A DNA stretch of 64,000 nucleotides from an uncultured Pelagibacteraceae bacterium (GTDB lineage: Bacteria > Pseudomonadota > Alphaproteobacteria > Pelagibacterales > Pelagibacteraceae). This document shows, in pieces, positions 60,237 to 64,000 of the stretch. The stretch covers positions 10,502-74,501 of the forward strand of contig CACMUH010000002.1 in assembly GCA_902616875.1 (NCBI GenBank), in the 5' to 3' direction. Position numbers and translations under genes: made by a program. Each line of letters begins with the position of its first letter. Position 1 is the first letter of the stretch. The notes under the pieces were generated by a model that worked only from the letters and a program-made list of their open reading frames with translations, made no database searches and was not told the origin of the DNA.

Positions 60237-61488
60237 CATTAAAGAAATTAGAAAAGATTTTGATGCATTTTCAAAAGCATTAAAAAAAAGATCAATCGAT
60301 ATAGATCTCAATAAACTCAAAAAATTAGATATAGATAATAGAGATTTAATTCAAAAAAAAGAAACATTAGAGAAAGAAAAGAAAGATATTTCAAAAACAA
60401 AAGATAAAGCTTTATTTTCTAGGTCAAAAGAAATTACACAATCTATTGATAAAATTACTGATCAACAATCAAAAATTAAATCAGACTTAGATGAAATTTT
60501 ATCAAGTATTCCCAATATACCTCATGATGATGTGCCTGTAGGATCTAATGAAAATGAAAATGTTGAATTAACTAAATCGGGTCAGATTCCTAATTTTGAA
60601 TTTACTCCAAAATCACACTACGAATTAGGTGAAAAGCTTGGCATGTTAGATTTTGATCTTGCCACAAAAACCACCGGTTCAAGATTTGTTTTTGTTAAGA
60701 ATAAATTAGCATTACTTGAAAGAGCAATTTCAAATTTTATGCTTGATATACATACTTCAAAAAATGGATATGAGGAAATTTCACCACCTTTATTAGCATC
60801 AGAAAATACAATGTTCGGAACTGGTCAATTGCCTAAATTTGAAAATGATCAATTTGAAATAAAATTAGAAGAGGGAAGTGGTAGAAAATTTTTAATTCCT
60901 ACAGCAGAAGTTATTTTAACTAATATTGTAAAAGATAAAATTTTAGATTTTAAAACATTACCGATGAGATTTGTTGCATCTACCCCATGTTTTAGAAAAG
61001 AGGCTGGTAGTTATGGTAAAGATACAAAAGGGATGATCAGACAACACCAATTTTATAAAGTTGAATTAGTTAGTATTGTGGAACAAAATAAATGTCTTGA
61101 AGAATTAGAGAGAATGACAAATTGTGCCACAGGTATTTTGGATTTGTTAGAGTTACCATATAGAAAAATGATTTTATGTAGTGGAGATATGGGATTTAGT
61201 GCAGAAAAAACTTACGATATAGAAGTATGGTTACCTTCAGAAAACAAGTATAGAGAAATATCTTCATGTTCATCATGTTCAACTTTCCAGGCAACACGGA
61301 TGAAAGCTAGATATAAAAATTCAAATAAAGAAACAGTATTTGTTGGAACGCTTAATGGAAGTGGTTTAGCAGTGGGTAGAACTCTTATTGCTATTTTAGA
61401 AAATTTCCAGCAAAAGGATGGGTCTATAAATATTCCAAAAGTGCTTAGACCTTATATGAATAATCTAGAAAAAATTAGTCTGAATTAA
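60229..61488 (+). CDS. serS: Seryl-tRNA synthetase
   Basis: LIPTAEV, FRKEAGS, RQHQF, REISSCS, TLNGSGLA. Confidence 0.98.
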   Translation: MHNIKEIRKDFDAFSKALKKRSIDIDLNKLKKLDIDNRDLIQKKETLEKEKKDISKTKDKALFSRSKEITQSIDKITDQQSKIKSDLDEILSSIPNIPHDDVPVGSNENENVELTKSGQIPNFEFTPKSHYELGEKLGMLDFDLATKTTGSRFVFVKNKLALLERAISNFMLDIHTSKNGYEEISPPLLASENTMFGTGQLPKFENDQFEIKLEEGSGRKFLIPTAEVILTNIVKDKILDFKTLPMRFVASTPCFRKEAGSYGKDTKGMIRQHQFYKVELVSIVEQNKCLEELERMTNCATGILDLLELPYRKMILCSGDMGFSAEKTYDIEVWLPSENKYREISSCSSCSTFQATRMKARYKNSNKETVFVGTLNGSGLAVGRTLIAILENFQQKDGSINIPKVLRPYMNNLEKISLN

Positions 61489-61542
61489 AGTTGTTTTAAC
61501 TTATGAGATAGTATAAAAATTCATTTTTAATTAAGGAGTTTT

Positions 61543-61830
61543 ATGGAAAGTTCAGGAATAGGTCAATTTATACCACTAATACTAATTTTTGTTATTTTTT
61601 ATTTTTTCTTGATAAGACCACAGCAAAAAAAAGTCAAAGAGCATAAAGCTATGGTCGAGGGTTTAAAAAAAGGTGATAAGATTGTAACTTCAGGCGGTAT
61701 TACAGGAACCATAACCAGAGTTGTAGACAACGATAAAATAGAAGTTGAGGTTGCTGAAAATGTGACTGTTGAAGTTATCAGAGGTACAGGTGTACAAAGT
61801 CTGATGAACTCTCAAGAAGTTAAAAAGTAA
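61543..61830 (+). CDS. yajC: Preprotein translocase subunit YajC
   Basis: FFLIRPQQK, KGDKIVTSGGI; AAGGAG RBS. Confidence 0.95.
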   Translation: MESSGIGQFIPLILIFVIFYFFLIRPQQKKVKEHKAMVEGLKKGDKIVTSGGITGTITRVVDNDKIEVEVAENVTVEVIRGTGVQSLMNSQEVKK

Positions 61831-61845
61831 TTTTGTTAAAGTAAA

Positions 61846-63402
61846 GTGTTATATTTTTCAAAATTCAGAATAATATCAGTAATATTAATTTCTCTATTTT
61901 TTATTTTAATTGCCTCATCAAATTTATTTAAGTTTGAAAATAACTTACTAAATAAGAAAATTAATCTTGGATTAGATCTTCAGGGAGGTTCTTACCTACT
62001 ACTCGAAATTGATAATAATCCAGTTATTGAGCAAAAAATACAAAATCTTTCAATTACCATTAGAAATTATTTCAAAGACAAAAATATAAGAATAAAAAAT
62101 TTAAAAATTTTAGGACAAAAATTATCTTTTTCTGTAGATGAAAACTTTAAACAAACTATTATAGATACGTTTAATGATGAGGAAAGTGAATTAAATCCTT
62201 ATTATCCAAGATTTAAATCTCATCAATTAGATATCACTCAGGAAAATAATATTTTTTTTGTCAATTATTCAACCCAAGGTATTGTTAAATTAAAAACATC
62301 TTCCCAAGATCAAGCATTAGAAATTGTAAGAAGAAGAATTGATGAGATAGGAACTAATGAGCCAAATATTTTAAAAAGAGGAAACGACAGAATTCTTGTT
62401 GAATTACCTGGATTAGATGATCCAATGAGAATTAAATCATTGCTTGGTAAAACTGCAAATCTTACATTTAGATTTGTAACTAATAACGATCAAGACTCTT
62501 TTGGAGTGGAAAAACTTAGTTATGAAGATGAGTCTGAAGAAGATGCTCTGGTAAGTAAAAGAATTATTTTAAGTGGAGACAATCTGCTAGATGCTCAACC
62601 AAGAATGGATAGTGAGACGAATGAAACAGTGGTTACATTTACACTTGATAGAGTTGGAGCTAAAAGATTTGGTAAAGCTACATCGACTGGTATTGGTAAA
62701 CAATTAGCAATAGTATTGGATGGTAAAATTATAAGTGCACCGGTTATAAGAGATACAATTGCAAGTGGATCAGGTCAAATCAGTGGAGGATTTACTTTTC
62801 AATCAGCAACAGATTTAGCTCTTTTATTAAGATCTGGTGCATTACCTGCACCTTTAAATATTATTGAGGAACGAACAGTTGGTCCTGACTTAGGACAAGA
62901 CTCAATTAATGCAGGGATGATTGCATTAGCAATTGGTTTTGTTTTAGTAATAGTATTTATCTTTGTAAAATATAAGATATTTGGCTTAATTACCAATATA
63001 ACATTAATACTTAATCTTTTCTTACTCATTGGAATATTGACTATATTCGAGGCGACCTTAACTCTTCCGGGGATCGCTGGAATAATTTTGACAGTTGGTA
63101 TGGCAGTCGATGCAAATGTTTTAATCTTTGAGAGAATTAAAGAAGAGCTAAAAAATGAAAAAAATAATTTAATAGCTTTTGATAGTGGTTACACAAAATC
63201 TAGAACCGCTATACTTGATGCAAATATAACAACACTATTAGCAGCTATTATCTTATTTTTTATGGGCTCAGGTCCAATCAAAGGTTTTTCACTTACACTT
63301 GGGATTGGAATATTTACAACATTATTTTCAGTTTATTTCATAGCAAGGTTATTGACTGTTTTGTATGTGTACAGAAACAAAGAAAAAGAAGGTTTAATTT
63401 AA
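61846..63402 (+). CDS. secD: Protein translocase subunit SecD
   Basis: LGLDLQGG, LVELPG, LRSGALPA, VGPDLG, GMAVDANVLIFERI. Confidence 0.97.
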   Translation: MLYFSKFRIISVILISLFFILIASSNLFKFENNLLNKKINLGLDLQGGSYLLLEIDNNPVIEQKIQNLSITIRNYFKDKNIRIKNLKILGQKLSFSVDENFKQTIIDTFNDEESELNPYYPRFKSHQLDITQENNIFFVNYSTQGIVKLKTSSQDQALEIVRRRIDEIGTNEPNILKRGNDRILVELPGLDDPMRIKSLLGKTANLTFRFVTNNDQDSFGVEKLSYEDESEEDALVSKRIILSGDNLLDAQPRMDSETNETVVTFTLDRVGAKRFGKATSTGIGKQLAIVLDGKIISAPVIRDTIASGSGQISGGFTFQSATDLALLLRSGALPAPLNIIEERTVGPDLGQDSINAGMIALAIGFVLVIVFIFVKYKIFGLITNITLILNLFLLIGILTIFEATLTLPGIAGIILTVGMAVDANVLIFERIKEELKNEKNNLIAFDSGYTKSRTAILDANITTLLAAIILFFMGSGPIKGFSLTLGIGIFTTLFSVYFIARLLTVLYVYRNKEKEGLI

Positions 63403-64000
63403 ATGATTGCTTTTAACAAATATTATAATCAATTTAACATACTCTCTATATCCTTAGTCGTTATTTCTTTATTTTTACTGACTTTCAAAGGTCTTAACTT
63501 TGGAATAGATTTTAAGGGCGGAACGTTAATTGAATTAAGGTCAACTGACAGCAAAATTAATGTGTCATCTCTAAGAGATAATTTAAATTCTATGAATTTG
63601 GGTGATGTTTCAGTAAAAAATTTTGGCAATGAGACAGACTTTCTTATTAAATTTGAAATTAATAATAACAAAAATATTATTGAGGAAATAAAATCAAATT
63701 TAGATAAATCATTTGGCAATACTTTTGATTTTAGAAGAGTTGAAAACGTAGGACCGAAAGTAAGTGCTGAGTTACTTAAATCTGGAGTAATAGCTATCGC
63801 AGTGGCATTAACTTTAATGTTAATTTACATTTGGATCAGATTTGAATGGCAATTTAGTTTAGGAGCTATATTAGCTTTGTTTCACGACGTGTTGGTAACC
63901 CTAGGTTTATTTTCATTGCTTGGTCTTGAAATCAATTTATCTATTATCGCAGCTGTATTAACTATCGTTGGTTACTCTATGAATGATACAGTGGTTATTT
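63403..64000 (+). CDS. secF: Protein translocase subunit SecF, 5' part; runs off the window
   Basis: Manual translation from ATG 63403: MIAFNKYY...GLNFGIDFKGG...VGPKVS...RFEW...HDV...GYSMNDTVVI. Confidence 0.95.
   Translation, partial: MIAFNKYYNQFNILSISLVVISLFLLTFKGLNFGIDFKGGTLIELRSTDSKINVSSLRDNLNSMNLGDVSVKNFGNETDFLIKFEINNNKNIIEEIKSNLDKSFGNTFDFRRVENVGPKVSAELLKSGVIAIAVALTLMLIYIWIRFEWQFSLGAILALFHDVLVTLGLFSLLGLEINLSIIAAVLTIVGYSMNDTVVI

Noticed and set aside
243-63719. Many 60-120 aa ORFs antisense or out of frame to well-supported genes (e.g. 461-712, 12918-13256, 25224-25577, 32177-32533, 63429-63719)
   Set aside because: Shadow ORFs of AT-rich coding strands; no RBS or motifs; lie within or largely overlap confident genes.

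Overview
Very AT-rich, extremely gene-dense bacterial chromosome segment with almost no intergenic DNA. Gene content, order and composition point to Candidatus Pelagibacter / SAR11 (Alphaproteobacteria); this is inferred, not searched. 1-28.7 kb is core backbone: trpG'-trpE, ppiD-like, tpiA-secG-pyrG-kdsA-eno-ftsB-lipA, cinA-pgpA-ispDF, ntrYX-trkAH, tRNA-Arg, aapJQMP, an XRE regulator, tRNA-Asn/Cys, valS-ilvD-manC. 28.7-45.9 kb is a phosphorus-starvation cluster: DAG kinase / plcP-agt lipid remodelling, phoR, an unknown secreted protein, pstSCAB-phoU-phoB, antisense sixA, ppk-ppx, a structured intergenic segment, a 69-aa polycationic protein, and an arsR-less operon (3-TM protein, arsC, AqpS-like channel, NUDIX). 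Four AT-shifted Pho-box arrays (T-G/T-TAA-C/T-A at 11-bp period) are readable here, one directly upstream of the arsenic operon. 45.9-48.2 kb holds a divergent Anbu protease / circularly permuted ATP-grasp pair without its usual Alpha-E and transglutaminase partners. 48.2-64 kb has zur-znuBC/znuA with tandem Zur boxes, a DpkA-like reductase and core genes (xthA, erpA, dgt, argS, an 87-aa protein in the ftsN slot, nagZ, scpAB, tatABC, serS, yajC, secD, secF'). No CRISPR, rRNA, integrase or IS element was seen. Best leads: the Pho-boxed arsenate operon, the Lys-rich candidate polyphosphate-binding protein with its adjacent structured RNA, and the two-gene Anbu/ATP-grasp module.
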